The notes under the pieces are model-generated. The model was not told the origin of the DNA. It did not search any database and saw only the letters and a program-made list of their open reading frames with translations. From positions 2,790,001 through 2,854,000 of the forward strand of contig CM060734.1 in assembly GCA_030704615.1 (NCBI GenBank): DNA of 64,000 nt. Reading direction: 5' to 3'. Every line of letters begins with the position of its first letter. Position 1 is the first letter of the stretch. This document shows positions 46,416 to 60,300 of the stretch, piece by piece. This stretch comes from Takakia lepidozioides (lineage: Eukaryota; Plantae; Bryophyta). Position numbers and translations under genes: made by a program.

Positions 46416-49400
46416 ATGAGGAGCCCAAAGGTGAGACAAAGCTCCAAGGGTCCTCAGTCCCAGCCAATGGCATTGGTTACCATGAATCAGCTTTACCAAG
46501 GGGAAAATCCCAATGGGACATCAATCCAGGAAAATTCGGAGTCGCAATTCGCTGAAGCTGCCCCTCTTTCCAAGGATGTGGAATTTGGCCAAGGTATGAG
46601 CCTTTCGAATCCTTGTGTGAAATTGGAAAGAGCGTGTCATACAGTCCCCCTTAGCTTTGTCATGGGGCTATGCTGAAGGATGGGATGCCGTTTAGGCTCT
46701 GTACTTGTCTAAGGTGATTTGTGCGCGGTGAGCTAGAACTGAATGTATTGTGAAAGGGTGGAAATGCTTGAATGGTGAAAGGAGGGAGGTCACTTCAGCA
46801 AGCATCAGCTGGCTGGGCAAGATGTTTTATCGCTGCTGTAACCTCTAACTAACAGGTAATTCAGCGGGTTTATGACAAGGGTCATTTTTCTAGCAATTTC
46901 GTCCCACAAACGGAAGGATAAACTGGGGCACCGCACTCATAACTCGACACAACCACGATCTCAATTGCTGATAGATGAAGGTGGACCTGTAGGACCTCAC
47001 GATCATGACAAGTTTGTAACAAAGTTGTTGCAGGTACACCGCCCTTCAGACCAACATTTCAGGACAATGTTGTTACGAAAGCAGAAACTTGCAGTCTGCC
47101 TGGTGATCGGAAGGCCCGGCTATGCTCCTTTGCCTGCACCTCAGCAGCAGACAAGGCAGGTGTGGAGTGGGTGCCAGGGCAGCAAGGACATCATTACTCT
47201 GCTGTGCACAGGGAAAATATGTCAGAGAGTTCAGGCCAAGCTCTGGCAGGCAGAGGTGTTGTTCCCCTTACACACAATGCATACTCGGATAAGAAAGGTA
47301 GGCCAGACATGACACTGCAGCATCCCAAACAGTTAATTGCGATTGGGGAATTGCCGGAAGTTATCATACCGCGAGACAGCAATTACTCCATCAATCGTCT
47401 CTCAAGATTGGCCGAGAAAAATCCAGTGTTTTTTGAGGCAACAAAGCATCCAGTACAGGATTTCCACAAGGTATGTATTGAAAGGACACTCAACTTTGTC
47501 TCATGCAGGCTACACTAACTGTCATGTACTTGCTGGGTACAGACTTCACACAATGCTTTGCAAGCAAAGGTGTCTATTCCATAGACGACAAGAGAGAGAG
47601 AGACACCCTGAGCCCTCTTGAAGATCCCTATTTAACCATGTTTGCCTAATGGAGGCTTCATTAGAAACTTGCTAACCTCCTTCTCGAATCATCCTAACCT
47701 CCTCACGTTATTCTAGAAGGTTCTAACCTCTTGTAGAGAAACTTCAGCAGATCCTTCCTGACCTATTTCCTGCTCTAACCGGTAACTCTAATGACTGGCA
47801 GGAGCCAATAATCTGTACAGATGTACTCACAAGACATTGTTTGCCGTAGGCTTGTGGCCGTACACCCAGTTTGGGCAGAACAAAGGGAACAGACACTGGC
47901 TTTGTGAGGGGCTCACTGTGGTAGTGGGACTTACCTTCAGTTCGGGCTCTCCAGATATCTCTTAGAAAACCCTTCACACAAGCATCAACCTGCTATGTGT
48001 GACCTGCCCAACAATTAGACCCCAACAGGGCCAGGGCTTTAGGCTCAGCCTCAAGATTTTCAAAGTTGGTGAGCAGAGGTGCAGGAACAATGTTCTTGAT
48101 GTTCCTGAAGTGGGTCACTCTCTGGTGAGAATGTCCCGGACAATGTACCAGAAAATGGATATTGTCTTCAAGCTGTCCGCACATCTGGCAAGTACAATCT
48201 CCTTTTCCTCTCTTTATTGTTCAAAGGTAGGCTTCCCACCCCGAGTTTAAATTTCAGTCTAGTGCCGAGGGTAAGTAGCCCCTTCAGATGATCCTTAAGG
48301 TCCTCGCCCATGTCACAGACTGGAAACAAGTTCAGGGAAGTTTTTATGCCTAACTTCGTTTTCATTGGCCAGTCTTCGGGCATCCGACATGGCATTAGAC
48401 ATTGCAACCTCCAGGTCAGCTTCATCTAATAGGGTCAATTCTTCTGGGCTAATATTCAGATACTTGAATCTTTTCTACCCTTTTCCGCCAGGACTTAGCC
48501 TGTTTAACAGGGTGGTCTTGCTTCCAAGAAATAGTGGCGATTTTCTTAGGGTCTCTGGTATTAGACATGCGATTTAACTGCCCCCACCATCTGACCTTGA
48601 ACTCATCACATCGAGAGCTTAAGGGAGGTATGCCAAACTTGCCCCGAACTGCCGCATTAGCTGTTCTAGAGCACGCTGTCATGCTCTCTTTGAGCACCGT
48701 CACCTGAATGGATCCTAGAGATTTAGCATGGTTGGAGTTGTTGACCCACACGGCAGATGCGTACTCCAAGGCAGGCCTAATAATGTTTCAAAGCATGGTC
48801 CTTTTAACTTCAGTATTAATCCCTCTGCAGTGGAAAAATTTAGTGAGAACCAAAGCTTTGCGATCAGCTCCACTTTCTGTACACTAAAACCTTAACATTA
48901 TATTCAAAAGAAAACCATTGATAACTGAGTTGCATATGCTTTGTCCAATGGATATTGTCAATCATGGAAGACGAAAGCTGGACACCGAGATGAACCCTTC
49001 CTTGCTCTTCAAGCAGGAATCAGGCATCCTTCCAGGTGCCAAAAAATCAATGTGTCCAGATAAGGGAGACAACAGTCCGCAGAATTGACTGGACTAAACA
49101 TTCCTGGCTCTTGTCCAGGAGATGTGACGCATTACTTCTTACTCATAAGGGGGGAAGTTCTAGTGAGACAGCAGCGTTGGGGGGAACCAAAAACACTTTT
49201 GTCAAGCCTCGGGCTTGGCAGCTGGCAGAAACATCCTGAAGTACCATTGATGGATGTAGGGCGTTGCTAATCTTTGAAGTCATTTTCTTGACTGTTTGTG
49301 AAGTATTCAATTGGTATGCTTCACTGGTTTGGCTTGGTAGATGACTGGGCTGCCGTATGTTAGCATCAACCCTGTTGATGTCTTTAGTTACATCCAAGTT

Positions 49401-50827
49401 TTCGTTGGCACTTTGTATATTCTGATTGGTGAGGAAGGTTGCATCTAGTTATGCCAGCATCGATAAACAACTTGTCTCTACTTTACTTGTTGATGGTTGG
49501 ATGGGGATCGTTACAGCCTAGGAAAAATTACTGAGAAGTCTGGCAGCCTCCTTTTGACCAAGACTCAAATAATGCACATGCTTTCCCACCATAACTTCTT
49601 CCGTGTTGGAACCCTCACTGTCATGCCCTTCTTGACACCTTTGTGCAGAAGACTTGGACAAGTACCAACTGTCATCAAGGACTCCCTCTCTAGGAGTTTA
49701 GATAGGTATAGGTTTGCCCAGGGCTATCAAGTGTTTCATGTACTATGTCTGAGCTACCTCTTATTCACGAAGTGATTTGAACCTGTCTCATTTTTCATAA
49801 TAGCAAAATGTCTGAACAGGCACCAGGCCCCCTGGCTTTGTCAAATTTGGAGACTTTGCGGAAGCAGATGGCAGAGAACTCAACCCCTAAAACTGGTGGT
49901 GATGGTGGTGGTGCCCAGTCTTATGGTAGTACGCCAGCCAAGAAGGTCCGTGGTGGGAGCTTCTGTAATCAGTCATCTGATGCAACTCTCAGCTGTGGAA
50001 GGGAAGATGTGCCTGAAGGTCAGGAGAGGGAGCCTCCAATATTGACTCCTAAGAATGTGATTATTGATAAAGAGTGGTGGTCTGAAACACCTGTTAGTTG
50101 ACAGCAAAGCTGCTGTTCAAGTCCTTCCTTCTCCTGTGGGTTTCTGCTCAGTGATGGGTCCTGGTAATCTTGATGAGCATTTGCAAGCTTCCAACTTAGC
50201 TGCTTGTGTGAATCATGACTGTAAGAAATGGCTATCTCAGACAGACCGCATCAAATATTTTTGAGTGCCTAACGATTATGCACGTGTGACTGCAGGTTTT
50301 GTGTTGCTGAGTTGTGATCCATTAGGACGTTTTCTGGAAGCAAGATTAGTGCAAATGTGTTGAAAATGGGCTTGATTGCCAGTCACAATCTTTAGGGTTT
50401 TCCCTTTTGTAAGGTTTATCTTTACCATTGGTTGGTGCAGCCCAAAGCAGTACTCTTTCCCCTCTCCCTTGCTGATCCCATAGCAGTAGAGGCTCAACTC
50501 TGTTAGAAATCACAGCCAAAAGAATGTTTGGCATTGTTGGTTGAAAAGCTGGTAAAGGTTTAAATGTCAAAATTCCAACCTCGGTGACTCCCATCTTGCT
50601 TAAGAATGACACCATTCATTGCAGCAGGTGGTCTGGATGTGAGCGATCCTTCAGATGGCATGCATGGTACTCGAACTTCCAGGCCGGGTGTGATTGATAA
50701 GCACAAACTGGTAGATTACTGTGGAAATTTCCAGGAGGTTGGGGGTGCGAGGCAATTGCCGCCAGCAAAACGGAACAAAGGCAATAGTGGGCTACCTGGG
50801 TTCGATGTGCTTATGGATGCTGCACAG
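46416..50827 (+). CDS. Tentative upstream exons of the ATX-like gene (46416-46592, ~49804-50163, 50625/50628-50827)
   Basis: Open frames ending at GT donors; 50827 joins 51364 in phase 0. The phases of the first two exons could not be reconciled. Confidence 0.35.
46860..47530 (-). mobile_element. Highly degenerate LINE 3' fragment in intron
   Basis: Weak similarity to post-RT LINE sequence by eye only. Confidence 0.3.
47740..48860 (-). mobile_element. 5'-truncated LINE 3' fragment
   Basis: LEYASAVW and CGQLEDNIHFLVHC (C-terminal Zn knuckle); homologous to 54880-55740 and 58680-59330. Confidence 0.85.
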
Positions 50828-51363
50828 GTAGCTTGGAAGTGTAAATTCACGTAAAGTACTGCTGTTTCTATGCTAAGAATTGTGTAGGTTTGGGTGAGGG
50901 TTCCACAATTCCTCACAGCATCTCAATTGCAGACTGCCACTGATCATACAGGGGCTTCTTTTCTTGGTTGGTTTAGTTTTGGCTCCTCACAGGAGGTCTA
51001 TGCTGTGGAAACCCATAGCTGTTGGCTTGAAGGAGAAATTTGAGGGGAAGAGACTGCATCAATACTGTTTGTGTTCCACTATGCAACATGTTGAGCTACT
51101 TTGTTGCCGTCTATGAGCTTTGCAATATGAAGTGTGATCAGTGGTCAATTGTTCTATGCTTTTTGGTGGTTGGTTTCTCATTCTTGATGGGAAACGGTGA
51201 ATGTGAGATTGACCACCCTGCCACTGTAGTTAAGTGTGGGCATCTTAGAGCCTTTGTGGGACATGCAATTTCATGTTACATTTGGTTTTGCACCCACAAA
51301 GTTGGGTGTGAAGTTCAATCTGTGTGCTGATTGCGTCCATGCTTCATATTGCATGCTCTTCAG

Positions 51364-54300
51364 GTAGCATCACGGCCCTCAACAGTGCAAGATGGAGTAC
51401 CACGGCCTGATCACCAGGGTGAGAGCTGTGATGGAATCCAGGTTGGCTTTTGCATTCCAAAGAGAGAGGCGTATGCTTTGCAAGGAGAGCTGGCCTTCTG
51501 TCAGAGGCGTCGGAGCAGTTTTAAAAAACCTGGTCCTGAGGGATCTAACAATCCAGAGGGATGTGGCCCTGCAATTGCCCAGGGTAGGGGGCCTATTCGG
51601 ATCCTATTGTCTTCTGGAAGGAGCCAGAAGCCCCATGCAGGCACCATGGATGTGGCTCCTTGCAACCAGAGTAATAAGTCACTGGCTGCTAAAGAATTTA
51701 GATTGTCTGGCACATGGGGCCATCCACTGGACTATGTAGGCCCAAAGCTAGACAGAGATGATGGGACAGGTGCGGCCCTTGCGTTAGGTGATGTCCATGG
51801 AGTACAGAGTGGGGGGAGGTGGGAAGGTGCTCATGCGCCTCACAAGAAAGAAACCGATAGTAGGGAACAACAGCAAAGTGACAGTAACACGACTGGTCAT
51901 CAGAAATCCCCACCAGTTGAGATTAGCGCACTTGTGCGCTCAAAACGAGGGAGAGCCCAGATGCTGCCCTCCCGTCTCCGGGACTCAGTGATTGAGCCTT
52001 TGACGAGGGGCACTGTGGTGGCATCAAAACAACCTGCTAATGCAGAGGCCCATTGCAAGAAATGCACCAAGTGTCCTTGTCAAGAAAATGTGGTTGATTT
52101 CAACATGTTCAGAGCTTATGGTGGATCAAAAAAGAAGTTAAGTAGGGATGAAGATCAAGAAGACTCCAACTCCCTGAACTATAGCTCCAAGGGAGCAGAT
52201 GACTACAGAAAGGACAGTTATCTGCTCGGAAGCCAGGGAGCTGTAGACATCGATGGGATGTCAGATACTGATGCCAAAGGCAGCATTAGTACAGTGGCAG
52301 CAGAGGTGCACAACCTGGAGGATTTTGAGATGGGGGCAATTGTGTGGGCCAAATCGGGTAAGCGGAATGATCCTGTATGGCCGGCAAAGGTTATTGATCC
52401 AATTAAAGAAGCTCCTGAATTGGTGCGCAAGCTCTCTATGCCAAACCGGCTCTGTGTCATGTTCTATGGGCCTTCCATGTCCAAAGGCAAGCAACGGGTA
52501 CGATTCACACCCAGAACTTTCAGGAGGCAGTAAAGGGTTGTTTGACTTTCATATGGCTCGTTTGGCTGTTGTTGCACTCTAGCATGGGAAATTACTTGAT
52601 TCGTGTTATTAAAATCAGCTTAGAGTGGGTAACAGGCTTGAGGAGTCCTGCACTTCCACTCCCCTCAAAAGAAGAGTAGTTGAAAAGAAGTGAGGGTAAG
52701 GCCTTGGTGCTTCAATAAAATGCCCGTAAGAGCCCCACATCCAGCTACAGTTCCTCTTGAGCCAATCTTGAGCCCTTCACCTTTTGAATCTCATTTCGTT
52801 GTCTCCCTGTTTTCTTTCATTGTCAGAGTTTTCAATTCCTTCTTGCTGTTGATTTGATCTTGCTTGTGACCATTCTGTGTGGAATTTCTTCAGGAGCCGA
52901 ATGGCATGGAACCATTGTTTCTTCTTCGTAGATTGAGCAATAACTGTACATTACCTTCCCCACCCTTGTATCTACAGCCAAGCACTGTTGTAGGCCTATA
53001 AGTTGAATAAATAGCTTTAAGCATGATTGCTGCTACTTTTCTACAGGATTATGCATGGGTGAAGCACGGGATGATATTTCCTTTTGATGGTGGCTTGGAG
53101 AGGTATCCACTTTAGTCCTTTTATATGACTGGTTTAGTCAAATTTCCCAAATTTTGCTGTGGACATGCCAGCGAGCCTTATATCCTTGTTAACATCAATT
53201 GTATTGTCCCATCAAAAAAATTCCAGCTTGACCATAAGATGAGTACTTCCAGAAGAAGAATTGTCACACTTGCTCACTCAGGAGCCATCTTTGCCTTACT
53301 GCCAGGTAGCTCTTTGTCATGTCAGAGCTCCACACTTATTAGAGGGTTTTATTAAAGTTAGATGCCAGTAATTTCATGACACAGATAAGCTGCGGGACAA
53401 CCATATCCTGATATGTTCCCTGACAGGTTTCTTAGACCTTAAGAACCTCACATATTGGTACTGCTATGGTGGCTACGGTGCCAGGTTCCAACTCCAAACA
53501 CAGTTAAATAGAAGCCGTCCAAGCAATTTCAGACAGGCAATCTACGAAGCTAATCTGGCGGATCACGGTTTTGAGGCCCACGAGGGTCTGAGAGGGAGGT
53601 GTCACCCCTCCATGGTAGCTACAAATCGCAAGGCTTTCATAGGTGGCAATGAGGACACAGACAATCTCTTCCTCACCACCATGGATAAGAATGGGCCAAA
53701 TGGTTCTGGAAAGGTGTGGTTCAATGATTTGTATTCTGAGCAAGCCTCACCGTTCCAGTCTGAGGAAATTGCTTATTTGCGACATTATAGTAAAAGGATC
53801 TTTGTTACAATAATCACAGCCTAAATGGCAATCCGTTACCAACGCAGCTGAAGTTGAGAGACTACTGTCTTGCAATGATTATTTAATGGCAAATCTTGCA
53901 GACAGCATTGGCACGTGGTGAAGTGAAGCGGACTTGCCCTGGGTGCGGGGCGGTACTACCCATGCTTAAGGCAGCTAAGCAGAACCCGCAGTGCAAGCAC
54001 TGCATCAAAGTAAGCTGTCCATCTCCACCAAAATTAACTTGTAGCTGTGACCTTCCATGTGATCTGATTGCTGCTGCTCCTACTGGCACTGATATGTTCA
54101 ACAAGAGGCAAGGGTACATGTTGAAAGAGAATGTTGTACATAGAAGCCATCCAATTTACTTCTCTGCTTGAGCTCAGATTTGCAATTTACCATTTGTGTT
54201 TGTGTTCTCAGCTATACAAATCAAAACAGTATTGTGGAGCTTGCAAGAAAGTATGGCTTCCGAACGATAAAAGCAACTTTGTAAGTGTCTCATTCCATGT

Positions 54301-57300
54301 GTTCTAAAAGGATGTCTGCGTCACTTGTCACAGTGATTTGGTTTAATCTCTGGTGCAGAAACTAGGTTAATGAATTGGAGGACTCTTTTCTCCAGGATCC
54401 ATAGCTAAACTAATGGTGGTGGTTTGGTTATATATAGTGGGCTGGTTACAGCTGCTATTTGTGATGGGACCGCGTTGCTCCTCTGCAGGCACAATGCGAC
54501 TACTGTGGGATATGGGTGCATGCTGACTGCGATATGCTCACAAACAGAAAACTCAAGGTAGATCTCCACCAGTAGTATGAAAATAAGACAGAGAAGAGAG
54601 CTGCATTGTCATTCTGTTTGTTTATGATATTTCTGTTTTAAAACGTCAGTTATGAAAGCACAGGATGAGGGATGGAAGTCACTTGTATATGTTTAAGACA
54701 AAGAAGGAAAAATGTACTGAGGCCTGCCGTGTGATTGCATAATACCTTGTCTTTTGGTGAGGGTGTGTGAAAGTGAGAAAGAAGATAAAGAGAAAATTTT
54801 ATTACGTCCGAGAAGGCGAAAGGGACCCAGAAGATCAACCCAGTAATACCACAGAAACTACTTTAGTGAGAGAGAGAATGTACTCATAAGACGTTGTTTG
54901 CCGTAGCCTTGTGGCCATTGACCCGGCGCCCAATTTGAGCGGAACACAAAGGGACAGACACTACCTATGTCAGGGGCTGACGCCGGTAGTATGACTTACC
55001 TTGAAACAGACATTTGATCCAAGTTTTCCAGATATCCTCTAGAAATCCCTGCACACAAACATCAATCTGCTGTGTGTGATTTGCCCAATAACTAGACCCC
55101 GAAAGGCCCTAGGCTTTTGGCTCGGCCTCAAGAAATCAAATTGATGGATTTGAAGAGGGTCTCTTTGGTGAGAGTACCCTGGACAATGAATCAGAATGTG
55201 GATATTGTCTTCAGGTTGCCCACACCACGGGCATTTGCAATCCCCCTTTCCTCTCTGCGTCTGTTTGCTGTTCAAAGGTAGGCTTCCTTTTAAATTTCAG
55301 TCTAGTGCCGAGGCTGGTAAACCCTTGAGGTTATCCATGATGGCCTCACCCATGTCACAGACTGGAAACAAGTTCAGGGAAGTTTTCTGCCTAACTTCAT
55401 TTTCATCAGACAATTTCCTGGCAACAGACATGGCTTTGGATGTCTGATATTAGTCATATGTTGCAGCTGACCCCACCATCTGACCTTGAGTTCATCTCAT
55501 CGGGAGCTTTAGGGAGGAATGTCAAACAGCCACCTTAGCTGTTTTGGAGCATGCTGACATGCACTCCTTGAGCACCCCCACTTGAATGGATTCTAGAGAC
55601 TTAGCCTGGTTGGAGTTATCAACCCACACTGCAGATGCGTACTCCGACGTAGGCCTAATAACGCGGCAAAGCATGGATTTTTTGACTTCAGAGTTGATCC
55701 CTCTGCAGTGGAAAAATTTAGTGAGACCCAATGCTTTGCGTGTGCGAGATTGAACAACTTTTTCAATATGCGCTTCCCAAATACAGTTGGATCATCGCCA
55801 AGGTATGTGTAGGAAGGGAGACCAGGAATCCCTTGGCTTCTCCACTGCCACTTGAGGCCGCCTCCTCCCTCCCCACAGTCATTGAATACCACCAGTGCGC
55901 ATTTACGGACGTTACCCTCTTGACCCCAAAGGTCAAAGTATCTCTTTGCGCATCAACCAACTCCTGAAGATTGGATGGAGTCTCCCCTATGCCTGCGAAG
56001 TCATTGGCAAACATAAGGGCTGGTATGGTGGCATCACCCACCCTTAACCCAAATCCCTCACTTTCCACATCCTCAAGTAGTTGATTGATGAAGACGTTGA
56101 AGAGCAGAGGGGGAAGGATACAGCTGTGACACCCTGGTCTATGTCAAAGAAGTTAGACTTCTGTCCAGTAACAGTGACACAGCTTTGGGTGTGAGCATAC
56201 AGGTTATGGACCACTCTCCACATCTTTCCCTTGATCCCAGATGACCAGAGTCGGAGCCATAGACCATCTCTCCACACTCTGTCATAAGCCTTTTTGACGT
56301 CCAAGAAACAAGACAAAAATGGGTTCCCCTTCTTTTTTCCTTCCCTGAATAATCTGGCTTAGAGTGAAGATATGATTCACACAGTCCCTGTTTCTCCGAA
56401 AGCCAGCTTGGCCTTCATGGAAGCAACCAGTGTTGGGCGGGTATGTCACCGAGGACATGCCTACGGGCCTGGACTTGTCAATATGAAAATACATTAAAAG
56501 CCCGCAGGGCCTGGGCTGGTGAGGAAACAAAGACTTTTGTTTCCAGCGGATATGCATAATCTGTACTCATTTTCCTCTTGCCAAACATGAATATAAAGGG
56601 TTTGTTGTTATAGAACTCTGCCGGTCATGTACAAGGCCATCCAATGGCTCAAGTACCTCACGATCTGTGCCTTCACTTTTCTGACTATGATTAGCCATCA
56701 CCAACCTTGGCTATTCTCCTCACTCTCACAAGCTGGGCCCGTCTGCCCAACCTCTAACCCGACTGTGAAGGTCGTGGGGCGGGTAAAAAGCAGTGTTGGC
56801 CCGGCGGTCAGGGCTGGACATACCCTGGTACATACCCGGCTCTGCTCTGTGTACCCGCCCTACACTGGAAACAACCTCTTGATTCCAGATCAACCTCGAG
56901 ATGAGTACTTCTCTGCAAAATATCTTGCCAACTGCATTGAGAAGCATGATACCTCGATAGCTCCCCAGCTCTTCTCTGTCACCTTTGTTGTGTAGATTGG
57001 CAATGGCCCCCCATGGCGAGCGAAAGGGGATCATATCCATCCTCCAGATCAGATTAAAGAGAAGTACAAGGGGTCATCGCCACCATGCTAGATAAGCTCA
57101 TTGACTATGCCATCAGGTCCACCAGCTTTATATCTGCTTAAATGCTCAGTTGCTTCCACAATCTCCGAAGAAGTTTGAGCTTTCTCACGAGTCCACTGCA
57201 CAGGGTCTCCTTTTGACCTACTATTCAAAGTCAAACGCTGAAGTTCTTCCATGCAGTTTACTAACCGTCTCCCATTAGAATTCAGCTCGTCCTCACCAAA

Positions 57301-60300
57301 AGGCCTAATGGTATCATCCTGGTGAAGACCTTTACCCACCCGGCATTGAATCATGCAATTAGACCACCTGGTCTTTGGGACTTAGCACAGTCCAGCTTTA
57401 CGTCTTCGAAGGCTTTATCTGCATCAGCACTAAGGGTCCCCTCTGTGGGCATGTAAACACAGTCCACAAAGAGGTCCTTCCTACTCATGCCGCGCTTCAA
57501 TTTCGATTTCAGCCAGATACTGTGCTCATACAGCAAATCCTTGTTGATAATTTCGCACAAGAAATCACAGCCAAAGAAGCCAAAACACCTTTTGGACCAT
57601 GCTTGGCAGAGGCCGCCTTAAGTACACACATCTTACCAAACCACCTATAGCCATTGACATCTCCAACCAGTTTGTCCGAAGTTTCCCATGTCTCTTGCCC
57701 TGCACAAATATGCATACCAATGTGCCTGAAGAACTTGTCCCCCTTCAAATTGTTACCTTTGGTTAGCCAGCCGGATCAGTTGAAAGAACCCAGCCACAAG
57801 CCAGCCCTTCGCATATGGAATGTTTGCTGGCTAGGTAGCCTATGATTGCTCCTGGACGATCAACCGATTTGCAAAGGTGGGTCAATTACCCCATGTGTAG
57901 ATTTTGATCGTCTTGTGTAAACTTTGAGGATTGACAAACCATTCAGAGTACCATATCCTCCAGTCACACGGCGCTCAGGCTCAGCAAATATAGGGCCAGC
58001 TAGCCTGTCTGTCTGCTTGGTGTCAACGTCATCCAGGGCTTCAAACCGGTTAGAAACTTTCAAGTTGAAGTCCCTTGGTTGTCCTCCTAGAGCGCCTCAT
58101 TGTATCACCAATGTCTAAGACCGCTCTCCAGCCAGGCAAGGGACGAACTTCTTTGAAATTGATTTGATATGAGGCTCTGTTTGTATTATTTTTAGACATT
58201 GAAACCTTCAAAGTACCTCTGTTATGAAGTCTTGAGATGGTGCCACTAGCCACATAATCCAAGCCTAAGCTGGAGCAGGTAGTTTTCAAGGACACATCGT
58301 CCATCCTGGGATTCACCCCAGAAACTACACATGAAGCCCTAGATCTGGCATAAGTTACCATTTCCCAGGAATCCACCTGAGGAGTGTTGTTGTCAACGTG
58401 GCATATGAAGTTGTTTGATTTCGCAGGCTATAAGTTCAAGCACAAGGACCAACCCTAGCTGCACGACAGAGCATGTAACTGCCCATTTTGGGTGGAGGGG
58501 GCTGCCCCAAGCAGTAAGGGTCCGCTTGTTACCATTCAGAGATCATCACTCCAAAGGAGCTGCAGGGAATGACCCACGTAGACATATTCTGAAGAGGGAG
58601 AGGTCCCAAACTCTCCAACTAAATCCAATGTACTACCTTACCTGAAGCAGAGTACTTCAGGTCAAAACAAACAAAGACACTCGGTCACAAGGCCGGCATT
58701 TAGTCACAGAGACCTTTTTGTACTCCCATATCAAGTCCACCCAATGGCAATAGGCTTCCTAGAGGGCAGGGAGAGATTGATGAACAGAGGTCCAAGACTA
58801 TGTTCTTGATGGTCCTGAAGAGGGTTGCTCTCTGATGAGAATACCCCGGACGATGTATCAGAAAGTGGATATTGCCTTCAGGCCGCCGGCACATCGGGCA
58901 TTGACAATCTCCCTTTCCTCTATGCATCTGTTTTTTGTTCAAAGGTGGACTCCCTGCCCTGAGTTTAAACTTCAGTCAGTGCCGAGGTTGGTAGAACCTT
59001 CAGATCATCCTGAAGGTCCTCACTCACTTCACAAACTGGAGACAAGTTCAGGGAACTTCTATGCCTAACTTTGTTTTGTTCGGACATTCTGTGTGCTTCC
59101 GACGTGGCCTTAGACACGTCAGCCTCCAAGCTGGCAGGTTCAGTTCTTCCTGCCTAATATTCAGGTACTTGAAAATCTCCTCTACCTTTTTCTGCCAGGA
59201 CTTCGCCTGTTTAAGAGGACATCTTGCTACCAAGAAATAGAATCGATCATTTGAGGGTATCTGCTACTAGGCATGTGATTCAAGTGACCCCACCATCTGA
59301 TCTTGAACTCATCACAGTGGTATGCCAAACTCGCCTGGGATTGTACAATGACAGCTTCCCGGTCATCAGAGACAACTGCATCATCATGCCTTCCTCCTCT
59401 GCTTAGTTCTTCGTGTCCTTGATGAGGGCGCCTTCAGAGTCCTTCACAACTCTACAGGTTTAGACCCGAAATTGTGAGAGAGCATAATTTCCTCTTCTCG
59501 AGCCCTGCCTAGTACAAGATTTGGGGCAGGTGGCCCTTAGCTATGGGAGCCTGATGTGCTTAGAGGCTTACCTGGAGGCACGCCACCTCCTTGCAACGTG
59601 TAGGACTTGATTTGATATTCTGTTCCCGTGGTTCTACTGTGTTGTAGTGGCTGCACATCTTGGCCTCCTGCGGACGTTTTAAATTTCTTTTCTTTCTTTC
59701 TTTCAGCTGGGACAGCAGCTGCACTACCGCTTGTTATTTTCCATGTGGTTCCACCAATGTTGCCCCATCATGGATGAGAGAGAAGGAAGAAGCTCATTCT
59801 ACTAATGGGACATGCTTAAGCAGAAAGCCTTTTGCAGCCCTTGGCAAGCCTGCGGGCAAGCACCTTCCGACCTCCAACTGTCTCCTTCCTGTCAGCAGAA
59901 AGGTTGATTAGGCACTCTTTGACAATCACCAGTGTACACTACCTACCAGCTGTTCGCATCAGATCTGAGTAAAGCATACCAAGGACAACACTGTCCCTGC
60001 ATCTTACTGTAACAAAAATTCATGCAGCTCCTTCCTGAGAGTTTCTGGAGGGAAGAGGCCAAGATAGAATATGTCGAGGCCTTGAAGAGACTCTCCCACC
60101 CTTATCCAATCGCTCCAAGATCTTCCCTCTTGCTTGGGTGATGCAAGTAGTGAGGTTGATGTGGACTCTTCGGAGAGTTTCGTCACTTCTGTGGCTGATA
60201 AGAGCATTGGAAGGAAACTAATTGTATGCTGAAGAGCAGTGAATTGGTGGACCGATGGGATCCAGCTTACATCGCTGAGAGACGGGCGCTTTATAGGGAG